Shown here: positions 9,630-21,600 of the stretch, in pieces
Numbering within the stretch: the first letter of the stretch is position 1
Layout of the letters: every line of letters begins with the position of its first letter
Virus record (IMG/VR): IMGVR_UViG_3300028610_000868
Span: 1 to 56,787 of that record
Reading direction: 5' to 3' (one strand)
Length of the DNA: 56,787 nucleotides
Source of the DNA: a virus
Lineage: Duplodnaviria; Caudoviricetes
Position numbers and translations under genes: made by a program
Notes under the pieces: model-generated
What the model was told of the DNA's origin: nothing
What the model saw: the letters and a program-made list of their open reading frames with translations, nothing else
The model's database searches: none

Positions 9630-11756
9630 TTATCTTATAATAGCATCGGTCCTAACAAGGCGAAGATCAACAAGAATGAACTCAACCGCTTGAACAGGCT
9701 TGATAGCTATGTCAACGATCAATTCACTACGAGCAACTACTGCCGGTGGATTATTTTGATCGTCAACCTGAGTAGCAAAATCAAATAATCCTCGACGGCC
9801 TACTAGTTCCCCTAAGAAGCTATCGACAGCCGCTTTAACATTTTGTCGTGTAATATCATCATTTGGTTCAAACAAGAAATCAAACAACCTACGGCGTAAA
9901 GTTCTGCGGATGTAAGCAGTAAGTCTGGACACGTTAACACGGTCTAATGCATCTGCTGTGGACTGTGTGGTGTTCTGAGCCAAAAGCAAGATTCCACGGT
10001 TAATGATATCGGAGAAATAATTGATATCAACAGCAAATAAGGTATCCTGTGTGCCTTTGTCTATATCATTTTCAACCCATGTCGTTGCAGTCCCTAAAAT
10101 ACCGGATACGTATCCAATGGATGTTAGGTGTGTTGCTGTACCCCGGTTTGGTCCTGCTGGTGCAAACCACAATTCGCCATCCCTATCATTGATGGCATAG
10201 GCACGTAGTGCGGATGAAGCACCGGTAGTCATGATTTCTACACCATCCGTGTTGGATGATAGACCATGTGGGTAGTAGTAAGCAGAAAGATTACTGAAAA
10301 CCTTGTTATCATCTTGCCAGCTAACTATACCATTTGCTCCAGTTGGTGGACGATCAAACGGTGTATCAGCAATGACAAATACTTCGCCGTCCATATCTTC
10401 AGCAAGTCTAACTAGTTCGTCTGTTGATTCCCAATAGCCGGGAGTCAAAGTTAAGTTAAAATCAAAACGATCTGAGCGGAAAATGCTGTTCGGGTTATTT
10501 ATTGATGCTTGAAGCTGTGTATTGATTGATACTCTACGTTCTGCATCGTTTGAACCAAGAGAAATTTCGTTCTTAAACTCCAGAGTGTTGTCGTAATTTG
10601 CAGCTTCTGCAATAAGCACTCCTTCTGCTTCATCAGCATCGAACTCGGTGGCAACAATGCTACCCGCTGTCCATGTGTCTAAAACTGAATCCAAACCATC
10701 ATACGTTGTTACAACAACGGCGAAAGCATCGTCATAAACGGATAATGGTGCAGCACCTTGACCACTAATTGGTGTATCAATTGATACGAAGAGGTTTGTG
10801 TTCAACCACAATGCGGTTGTACCACTGGAGCCATCTGCTGTAATTTCAACAGAAGAGGTTGCTCCCGATAAACCAGATGTAATACGGATTTTACCGGCAA
10901 TAATTTCAACTACTGTACCAGCATCACCCGTTACGCCCTGAATTGCAGATTCTACTTCAGAGATAAGCTCTGAAAAGTTCTGCATATCTTGACCGGCAAC
11001 GGAAACAACAAAGGAGTTAGTTCCCCCATTATCCGATACGGTTATTTCAAAACCATACAGAGTGGTGTCATTGGTTAGACCAGTATTATCAAGACCGGAG
11101 ATGTTACCTGCGTCAGTGTTGTAAGAAACTTCTTGGAAACCAGCCCTATCAATGGTATGGTCAAAGATAAAGCCTTCTTGGAATGCTGTGGTACTAAAGG
11201 AATATGATGCAAAAACGTCTACCATAGATGTATCAACAAGAGTTTTAAGCTCGGCGGATGTAACGGTTTCTTTGTAGCCGGGGGATGCCGGGACTAAACC
11301 ATTAGCAACGTTGGATTCTGCTATGAAATCTGCTACTAATTCGTTCAAATAATCGGCAGCAGCAGAAATCTTGGTGGCCCATACTAATTTTACGTTTGCG
11401 TATGTATCATCTAGGTTTACGTTTGCTCGAACAACGAATGCTCGTTCCCCAATTTCAAGGAACTTGTTTAGTGCGTCTACGCCATATTCGTTTCGGGCAT
11501 CGCCGTGTTGTGCTTGTGCCGCAGCATCTACTAGGAAACGCGGTGTTCCATAAAGTTCTGCCGACTGAGCCAAACCTGTAACAGTACGAACAACATCATG
11601 TTCGAAAGTTCCCAATGCTGCTGATACCCCATCCGACTGGAGTTTTTCATCCGCTGTAGCGATGAAAATTAGAGGTACGGTGGCTTGACGGCCCGGAATG
11701 AAAAAAGATTCTCCGATTACGTCTACTGCCACGCCGGGGCTGACTAAAGTTGCCAT
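9630..11756 (-). CDS. gp18: Contractile tail sheath protein (gp18-like)
   Basis: LVSPGV N-terminus, WFAPAGPNRG, ALDRVNVSRL, FLFEPND, DQNNPP, IKPVQAVEFI. Confidence 0.96.
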   Translation of the reverse strand: MATLVSPGVAVDVIGESFFIPGRQATVPLIFIATADEKLQSDGVSAALGTFEHDVVRTVTGLAQSAELYGTPRFLVDAAAQAQHGDARNEYGVDALNKFLEIGERAFVVRANVNLDDTYANVKLVWATKISAAADYLNELVADFIAESNVANGLVPASPGYKETVTSAELKTLVDTSMVDVFASYSFSTTAFQEGFIFDHTIDRAGFQEVSYNTDAGNISGLDNTGLTNDTTLYGFEITVSDNGGTNSFVVSVAGQDMQNFSELISEVESAIQGVTGDAGTVVEIIAGKIRITSGLSGATSSVEITADGSSGTTALWLNTNLFVSIDTPISGQGAAPLSVYDDAFAVVVTTYDGLDSVLDTWTAGSIVATEFDADEAEGVLIAEAANYDNTLEFKNEISLGSNDAERRVSINTQLQASINNPNSIFRSDRFDFNLTLTPGYWESTDELVRLAEDMDGEVFVIADTPFDRPPTGANGIVSWQDDNKVFSNLSAYYYPHGLSSNTDGVEIMTTGASSALRAYAINDRDGELWFAPAGPNRGTATHLTSIGYVSGILGTATTWVENDIDKGTQDTLFAVDINYFSDIINRGILLLAQNTTQSTADALDRVNVSRLTAYIRRTLRRRLFDFLFEPNDDITRQNVKAAVDSFLGELVGRRGLFDFATQVDDQNNPPAVVARSELIVDIAIKPVQAVEFILVDLRLVRTDAIIR

Positions 11757-11834
11757 TCTGATATCTCCTCAATTAGGTTATCGTGTTAATAGTATTTATG
11801 AGGGTTGCACCAGAATTTGTAAAAATGATAAAAG

Positions 11835-12599
11835 CTAAGAACTATCTTCCCAATTATCTGTGGTTATGATAAATGGATCAAGATTCCCTTCATTTATAGA
11901 GGATGGCGTTTCGGAGAGGTCATCAGTTATTGCAACTCGAATTTGGATTTCTTTGATTATTTCGTCTCTCAGATTTACAGGGGCTGATAGATACAGACAA
12001 TATGTAAATAACAAAGTTGAAGATACTATCCTATTATCGGTACCAGCCGGATAATCTTCATCCAAACTGATAGATTGAAGAAATACTTCAATTACACTCT
12101 GTTGGTTACCGTATGCGTCTGATACTTGAATTTGTATTGATGGGTTAAACAGGAGTAATATTTGCTCCAATAATTGAAAATGTTGATCAGTATTTGATGT
12201 GTTTACGGCTAATTCCATGGAAACGTTATATGGAACAGGCTTAAGCATGGTGTGCTGTTGTAAATCATCCGGTATAGAACCGCCTCTTTTAAGTTTTATT
12301 TCCTTTCGTTCTTGGTTTTGCCCAGATAACCGATCCGTAAACAGTTCCAACCCCATTAACTGGGCACTCATTATGGGTAGTCGTACCATCTTGTTTTGGG
12401 TCTGATCAGAGAAAATATGGGAAACCACACGGTCACGACTGCCGTAGACAACAGGAACAGTCATGAGATTTGTTTGAGAAGCAAAATCATTCTTCCCCAC
12501 AGAAACCTTTAGCCCAGCAAATACGGCCATAAACTGCACGATATGCTTGCGGAGCTGCTTGTTATAATAATAGTTTTCTACTGAAATATCTGTGTTCAT
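11835..12599 (-). CDS. gp15: Tail terminator / sheath stabilizer (gp15-like)
   Basis: YYYNKQLRKHIVQF, VPVVYG, RLPIMS, PVPYN, QLLEQILLLFNP; ends in TAG. Confidence 0.85.
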   Translation of the reverse strand: MNTDISVENYYYNKQLRKHIVQFMAVFAGLKVSVGKNDFASQTNLMTVPVVYGSRDRVVSHIFSDQTQNKMVRLPIMSAQLMGLELFTDRLSGQNQERKEIKLKRGGSIPDDLQQHTMLKPVPYNVSMELAVNTSNTDQHFQLLEQILLLFNPSIQIQVSDAYGNQQSVIEVFLQSISLDEDYPAGTDNRIVSSTLLFTYCLYLSAPVNLRDEIIKEIQIRVAITDDLSETPSSINEGNLDPFIITTDNWEDSS

Positions 12600-12603
12600 A
12601 TCC

Positions 12604-12611
12604 TATTTATA
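12604..12611 (-). promoter_or_regulatory. T4-type late promoter TATAAATA
   Basis: Exact match directly before GGAT-ATG of gp15-like gene. Confidence 0.7.
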
Positions 12612-12617
12612 CCACCA

Positions 12618-15600
12618 TTACACCTGTCTATAATGTGGGCCGCTGCCGCCGCCACCACCGCTATAATATGGGTATCCAATTTCAATGTTAATATCAGGGT
12701 CAATCAACACTAGATGAACAATTCCCATATAAACAGCATTTAGTGTTCCATTGATAGCGGGATTTCCTGTTGGTGCAGAACCTATTTTATGAACTGCCCA
12801 CATATCTAAAGCGACTGTTTGTGTATATATTGAAGAATTTTCTTCTATTAACCACTGTCTAGTATCTGTCATATTTAGCCACGTATCACGCAAATCTGAC
12901 TCTGAGGTAAACGAAACACCATCATTTTGAACAACCGTTGCATAAATATACAAATCATCATAAGTTGCTGGTGGTGCATCATTTACATCAACACCAGAAC
13001 TTTCCCACCATGGATTCATTCTGGAAAGATCATCACCATTGTTTCTCCACCAGTATCCACGGCGTAGGGTTGTCGCTGCACTTCCTCCAACTTTGAAACC
13101 GACAATGGTGCTATCCGACGCAGCGTATACCGGGGAGGCATTACTACTCCACGGAAGCAGTGTAATTGTTCCAGACGAACTTGCCGGTGTAACAACAGGC
13201 GTAGTTGTTGGTGTTACCGTCGGTGGTGGCCCAGAAGCAGGAGGTTCGGTTGGTGTATTGCTCGGCGTAAGGGTAACCGTAGGCGTAACATTCGGCGTGG
13301 CGGTGTTTGTCGGAGTCACAGCCGGTGTTCTCGTAGGAGTCACTGGCGGTGTATTACTGACAGATGGTGTCTTCGAAGGTGTTACCTGTGGCGTGTTTGT
13401 CGGAGTCACAGCCGGTGTTCTCGTAGGTGTTGGTGGTGGCGTACTTGACACCCCAATTGTTGGTGTTACGCTTGGTGTCTGTGTTGGGACCGGAGTCTTT
13501 GTTGGTTCTGTGGTTACTGATGGAGTTACTGTCAAAGTTGGTGTTGGTGTTGCGCTAGAACCAATGGTCGGTGTCACAGAAATCGTTGGTGTCACAGATG
13601 GTGTTGGTGTTGGTGTTGGTATAACACCATCAATTGGGTCACCATCATATTCGAAGCCCAGCATAGATTCTGTTATATTATTCCATAGATCGATATCAAT
13701 CTTTGATAATTGCCGTTCGCGGAACATTTTCCATTCATCATGCACATTTTTGCGGTGCATTTCACCACCTTTAGGATTAAGCCTATGGGCGAATGATAGG
13801 TCAGGAGTTAATCTGTCACGTAATGAAAAATCTCTAATGAAACGTAAAGTGTATGCGTTGTTTGCTTGAACATTATCATCAAGTCCTTTGATTATTAATT
13901 GGTTGTATCCAAACGGATATTCGTATGACAACATGATATCCGGGTTAACCCGCGTTGGATCAAATAAGGACAACAGCTCATTAAACGCTGTTCCTTTCAA
14001 ATCAACAGGATTATTGGGGATCATGTATGGGGTTGGGATAGTTTCTATTCCTTCCTTTGCCGTTTTAAGAGTTGTTTTATTCGTGAATCCACCACGAAGA
14101 GGAACATCACTTAGTCTGTTTTCAACCCAGAAATAATATGTGAGGACTTCATTTCCCGTGTTTGGGTTTATGCTATTATAAACACTGTATGGGGTATCTA
14201 GTTTATAAAGAATTGCATCTATTTCTTCCTGTGTTGGAGTCGATGCCGGTGCAATAACATGTATCAATTTACCGGGTAGAGTTGCCCGGAAATTATTAAA
14301 TTCAATGCCAGATCCAAAAGATTGTGTTGAGTGGTATACACCATCTACATAAACAAACACATCTGTGTTTAACGAACCCCCCGCGTCTGTGTATGTGCTG
14401 TTCTCTATTGTTTCATTAACAAAATCAAAGTGTTCGTCTCTTTCTTCTACCCAAGTTGGAACTTCTTCTGTTCCATCATTGCGGTAAACAACCGTTCTAG
14501 TTGTCCCGCTTTTTCTATCAGATATAGGTATTGTGGCATCGTTTTCCTGAATCACTGCTTCATCATATTCAGAAGGTGGTAAATCAGATTCTGTCCATTG
14601 AAATAGATTGATCTCCCCCCAGTTAGCTAATGTTCCCCAGTTTTGGAAACGGATGTTTTTATTTGATTCAACGTTTTTATCATCATATGGCAAATAACCT
14701 TCGGAATTAGTATCAAACCAAACGATGTCTTTCTTGTCAGAATGCCAAAAATTGTCTAGACCAGTAGAACCATCTGCTGGAGAATTGTATCTTGCCGGAT
14801 CAATATTTTGTCTACGGTCTACCACTGCGATAGCTTTAGAATAGTATTGTTGACGGGCAGGGTTCCATATTGATATCTCTGTAACTACCTCTCCTGCTTG
14901 CCTATTGATAATGCTGGCCGGATTCTGTGCCTCGTAATTGTAACCTAAAGTAATCACAAAAATTGTGTTCGAACTAGGTTTGAATGTTCCATGTGTAAAT
15001 TTTATTAGGGTGTTAGTTACAAATTCAAACCCATTTCCTTCATCGAGAATATTAATAGTTGACCATGGATCTGCCGGAGTTAAAAGAACCCCAACCCATG
15101 CTGCATCCGCAGCATGTTCTAATCGTAGATATTCTTCTCCGTTTGCTGTGAAATATCCGGGTTCACCATATCCAGCAACAGGCGCTGCACCAACATCCTC
15201 ATAATATTCCAAGGGAACAGTTGTGAAATATATCCTGTCTCGTGGGGATAACTTCTCAGCTTGATCTGGCTGATCAAACCAACGAGTACTGTCATCCAGT
15301 GTTATTGGTATAAATGTAATATCCGAAACACCAACGTCAGAAGAAGGATCTTTAAATTCTAAACGTAGTTCATTGCGCACCACATCATTTGTAAACAATC
15401 TCATTTCTGGATATATTTTTTCTTTGGAATCCCCAAAAGTGCCCAAGCGATATGCCCAGAACTCATCTATAATGAGCTGGTTATATGCCACTTGGTTAGA
15501 GAAAGCATTTGCTGCAAAGTTAGTTCCTTTTTTCTGAATCATCCCCCGATAAAATGTGAACTGTGCTTTATCAGTTATACCAATATCATCAGCATAATCA

Positions 15601-18600
15601 AATGGCCCCTCATATCCAAGAGCTTTTCTAACCCTTTTTGTGATGTCATCTCCCTCCTTTGATCGGTGGGGGCTATATGCTCTTCGTAGAGATTCAATTG
15701 CGGATTCAATATTTTGAATTTGTGTTCTATCCAGAACAACATTACCACCAACGTTTGGACGAAGCGTAAACCCTTCTTGTCTGTCAAATTCTAAAGAAAC
15801 CCGTGGAATATTAATTCCTAAGAAAGGATCGTATAATAAAAGACCGGCAGTACTATAATTTTCAAATTGTAGAATGTGCTCATACCCGTCAAAAAATAAA
15901 TGCATCCCTTGCATAGTTATAACATCATCGGTATTTTCTAAATTTGCTTGTCTTCTACTATTTGACAACTCAATTTGAGTTTGTATATCTCTCCTGCTAA
16001 CAATGATATCATTGGAAGACAAATTATTATTATTCTTGTCATATATTCGCTGATCAGTGATAAGATCTAATTTGGTTCCCTCTAGAACATTAGATAAAAT
16101 TCCTGTCTCGTGTTGTATAGTTACAGAATTTCCGTGTGGATTCAATGTTATTGTTGGTAGACGTGTTGAATCAACAGCGATATTTAATATAATATCACCA
16201 CTACCATTATCAGAAAATGTTATATTTGATCCATTTCTGGCGTGAGCTTCAGACGCTGCTAATTGAAATACACCACTTGTTGCGGTTTTAATAATATAAT
16301 ATGGTATGCTGTCTGCTATTGGGTTTTCAAATTCTGCTGGCAACGTGCCCTCTGGGGAAGTTAATGTTACAAGAGTTCCGGTAACCCATGTAACATTTTC
16401 TGGGCCAACAAAAGTATCACTTATATGTTCTGGTACTACTACAAATTCTTCTGGCAATGTTTGTGTTCGTCTACGAGTGTTGTATATGAATTCAATCAGT
16501 TGCTCTGTGGACATCTGCCAATCGTTGATTTTACCAGTATTTTGATCTCGGTTGGTACTGTCGGTATCAGTGTATAATACACCCTGACTCTCAAGATAAC
16601 TACCATATCCGTTGATAAAGTCAACCATATTCTGGACACCAGAGATGGTGATTGGAGTTGGATGCTCTTGCACCACGCGGTCATCTATGAAATGTTGTTT
16701 CCAATATTGTAGAACTGATCTTGCGGAGAAAGCAGTAAAACTATTCTTTACTCTGCCAATATACTGCTGTTCACTTCCTTCATTTACCGGGGATATGGAA
16801 TTAGTTCCGTTGATAGCATCTTCCCTTGTTGGAGTTAATCTAAATTCTCTATCATTGTCCCTTATCAGATAGTACAGTTTTGTTGTCCCAAACACTTCAA
16901 AGTCGGCAGGGTCACCATATGCCGGGGTAATCCCGTTTGAGCCCCAAGTAACACCAATCCCCGTTATCCATGTATCGGGCATGTCAACCGCAGTTTCTGG
17001 CTCTAAATATCCATCGACTGTATTATCGGTAATTATGTATTCCTCATTAACTTCAATCCTAGTACGCCTCTCCGTTGGGCTATAGAAAGAAGATACTACA
17101 GTGTATGTTCCATTAAAGTTTGTGGAATCAATTAAATCAAAGGATGTTCGAGGAGGGAAAAATTTAACAACATTGTCCTTGACATAGAAAATCTTATCAA
17201 ACGTAATAGTGCTGAATTGATTTCCTGTTGTTCCACCATAAGTTATACCAGAAGGAGTAGCCGTTACAAACAAATCAGTATCAGTGATAACCACCGACGT
17301 TGTTCCACCAATGGTATTGCTGGAAATCATAAGGTTACCATCTCGTATTGATATGATACCATATGGATCGCTTGGATCATTTATTTGAATATTTATTTCA
17401 TCAATCAACTCTTCAAATGTCTGGGCATCACTTCCCTCAATAGATAGGGGGAAAGCGAATGCACCATTAAATAATATCGATGCCGAGTATACCGTGGAAT
17501 CATTTGCTAATCCAGTTGCTGTTTCTAATGAAATAGTCTCAGAATAGTTAACCATATCAAATCCAAAACTATCTTGAGTTAATGCGTCATCAAGTTTAAA
17601 ACTAAATATCTTAAATGGTGGGTTTGGACTTAATACATCCCGTGATAGGGCACGTACTGGATAACTTTGCACACCAAACGTTTCAATTGGGCGACCAACG
17701 GGTGACGAATTATCAAAACTCACCGTCCAACCTAATCCAGAATCATTTTCGTTTGCAAACGAAGATGGAGTAGATAGGAGTGTGGTTATTAGTGAGTCTA
17801 TCCAGAGATCTCGTATTCCAGATGTTTTCTTGAACAGAATTCCATAGTCACGATCAGTGGGATCAAAAAGAGTGCTGCTTAATTTAAAATTATCTGTGTC
17901 AATAAATGCAGAGAATTGATATGTTAACGGTACTGTCCAATCCTTCCACATTTTTCTGAATTCTGATGATACACCATCAAACCCACTGTATCGGTTAAAG
18001 TGAATGTACCATTGGTTTAATCCGTTTACTTGAAAGAGATTGCCATCAATATCAACATCTCCATGAAAAACAATATCCAAATGACTACGAACTTTATTTA
18101 CTATGTCCGTTACTTGTAAACAAACAACATCTACCAAATCCAAACCAAAGGACTGGTTAAAAAATTTAAGTGGTTGTAATTTAAATGCAACAATTAATTC
18201 ATCGTATAAGCGGTTGGAAGATATTGACCATGCCCACTCTGATGGTCCCAACTGCCCATAAACATAATCAGCATTAGGTGTAACAATAAATTCATTTAAT
18301 GCAGCATCAAAAAGGCCACGCACAGCTACGTTTACTGAGTTATTACTGTTCCAGTATGGCGGCAGAACGGCATCTGGAACATACCCATCCAGCGTGTCAG
18401 TAGCTTCCATATTAACTGGAATGTAAGTGAACAAGATGGTTATTTGCCCAGCGATACCAGTTCCAGCGTCACCATTTGGTGCATCGTATCCAATTGGAAC
18501 AATTCCAGTTAGGATGTTTGTCCACATTGCCGCAAGCCACTTGCGTGTTAGAGTTGGGTCTAAATACTCCGCATCCCACCAAGTTGGTTTCGTTATATAC

Positions 18601-21600
18601 CCTTGTAATACCCACGGCTCCAAATGCGGCAATGGTGTTCCATATACGTTGTTATATAGTGCTTCCCAATGGGCGATATCATTAGATGTTTCCAATCCCG
18701 TTACGGGATCAGTTGTGATATCAGTATACGCATAGTTCCATGTGAACGGATTGTTTTGCACGTATCCAGAATTGGTGAGGGGGGTTTGGATGTTTAACTC
18801 TCTCACATATCGGGAAAACTGCTCTTGTGATTTAAGATCATATGCAATATCATTTTGTGTAATGGAAAAATCAAATTTTGATGTAAAGTTAGGTGGTGTT
18901 GCCCCACTACCCAAAATTGAAAATAAGTCTTCTTCAACCCCCAACAATATGTTGGCATACAATAGTGTAATATCCAGCTCTTCCCAAACACTCAACGAGT
19001 TTAGGCGATACAGCGTTCTTGTTGACGCGGAAACATCTACTTCAATAACTAAATCTCCAGTTTCAACTGGATTATCGTCAATTAATGTTGGGAATGGATC
19101 TCCAACATTTATTGTTTCTAATGTGGTGTTTAGGGAAATTGTGTTAAATAAAATTGATAGTGCTGCTTGATTGAAATTAACATCCAGCCGGTGACCATCA
19201 TGGTGTACTAACTGCAAAATTTCTGTTGCTTCATCTATAAGTAGGTACGGTGTAAGTGATTGGGCAAGACCAAAGAAAGGAATGGTTGCTATCCAATTTT
19301 TTATACCTGCGCTGGTTGTTAAATCCCAAGTTGTACTATCGCCAAACCACTGGTCCAGCCTATCGTTTCTTTCAAATACAGTTTTAAGTTCTGCCTTAAC
19401 GTATGTAGTCAGATCCTCAACATTATTAATGCCTGACTGGTTCAGATAATCCACTATATTGGCACTTAACATTTCACGTAAGCCATTCTGTAGTGAGTCA
19501 TATTGTGCGTTGGCAAAAGATATAATATCAATCGGATTGGTGTTATTAACAAACATAGATGAAATAAGGGTATCCATTCCATCATTGTGTTCTTTGATGC
19601 TGCCCCCAAGTCCATAATTAACGGCTTGGTCTATATGATAAAAATTATTAAACCCACTATTAGATACGCCAATTGCTGTTTGTGCATCAATGATTGTACT
19701 AAAATGCCGGAAAATATCAGTCAGATTTACGTTTTTTCTGTTTTCGTGACTTACATTGAAATATAGTTGGTTTGGTATTTCCCAGAAACCATCAGCAACT
19801 ACCGGAATATATTGCTCCTTGCCAAGGCCGTGTTTCCATATGCTTTGATACTCGTTGTTTAGTTCTCTAGTATCATAATAGATGTATAACTCACCAGTTT
19901 CATCATCAACTAGCCCTTGTTCAAATTGATAATCTTGTGCGGGTTCATCAAAATCTATTTTCTGATCAATGGTGAGGAAGTACTCACCATCTTCTGCATC
20001 TCTGTATCGGAACAGATTGCTTGCAAAAATAAATGGTTCATTATGTATATCGTATACATTGAACCACGGGTACTGGGCTCTTTCTGATTTAACTTGTTCT
20101 ATCCTTCTGGTATCGACCAAGTTGAATAGTTCTACCCCAGATCCGGTGTTTACAATAACTGCTCTCTTGCCAATGTCCTCAATATCATATTCACCAAGTT
20201 CTATTCGTATAATGTCATCTTCTGTAATTTCAAACGTGGGTGCAAATATGATTCCCCCGGTGTAATCTGGGCTAAAATCAGATTGAACATCATTAAAATT
20301 ACCATACTGGCGAACATCATTAATGTATACCCTAATATCACCTTCTTGATAATCCTCAAACAAACACAAATCATGCAAAGAAGAATCAAGTATGAGCAAC
20401 GCTCCAAAGATTGATGATCCGCCGGATAAAATTTTAAATTCTTGATATGCCAATCCCCAAAGGGTTGCTTTGGTTGCATCAGTACTACTTCCCACAAAAT
20501 CACTTAGCATAGGGTTAGGTGTGGGTTCAACGCTTGACGCCAAAATGTTTTCAAGTCCTTGGAACTGCCAATGATAAGTTTCAACAGATATCCAATTATC
20601 ACCCAAAGAGGTCGTTATTGGTGCTATATATGACCCTAAATCCACTGGATCACCCGGTGCTGGTATGGGTGTTTCTAAGAACATGCGGGTGACCCAACGA
20701 GAGTTTGGGGTTAGTTGAACAAACTCTGAGGATGCTACGTTTCTTTCACCAGTATTGAAACCAAAACTCCCAAATTTTATAGATACACCTTCAGTGAGGT
20801 CTGCTGTCAAATTTCCAAATTTATGATGAAACAGAATCGTTGTACCGTCTACGATAGTTATTTCGTCTCCATCAACTACCGTCGTGTCTATGATTTCGAA
20901 GAGTGTTGGTTCCTGTGTTGTGTCGGCATATGATACTTCGGTATTCCTACGATATTTCCATGTTTTATCAGCATATGAATGATGTGATAATTTAACAAAT
21001 GGAAAGTATTCTATTATTGGCTGTTGGGCTCTTAGTTTTCCTGTAAAGCTGTTTATCTCTGTGATATGAATCCATTTGTTTTCATCAACCCAATCATTAT
21101 TTTGTGCTAAATCAATAAGATGAGCGTCATTGTTAATGTCTATTAAATATGAGTAACCATCTAGCATTACATCCCACGCGGAGAGGACACCCCATCTTTT
21201 CAGTTGATCATTAGCGGTATCATACCAAAGTTGTCCAACCGAAAGAGCTGGTGGTTCCGTATCGCCTTCCATATCTGTTAACACTCGCTCACGAACGATG
21301 TCATATGATATTGCAGTTTGATCGAAGAACACACGGTCCAAGCCAAGTTGATCTGATGTTAGCAAGTTTTCAATTATATAATCACCGGCAATACCCGTGT
21401 CATTAATTCGTAGAATGTCCCCTACCCGATATGTGCCATCTAAAAAATCTTTAGCCCCATTCGTGTCGGTGAACACGTTAGAGCCTAACGTTGTTCCATC
21501 TAGTCCGTTGGTGGTTCTACTTAATAGGCTAATGTGTTTAACCCAAATGATATCGCCCATTTCATTATCGACACTGGCTTCCGCAAGGGATTGTGGAAAC

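Noticed and set aside
11790-11837. Functional read-through extension of the TAG-ending gp15-like gene
   Set aside because: Read-through adds only about 12 residues before TAA, with no recognisable domain
13039-13869. 276-aa plus-strand Val/Gly-rich ORF
   Set aside because: Antisense shadow of the Thr-Pro tract in the giant protein
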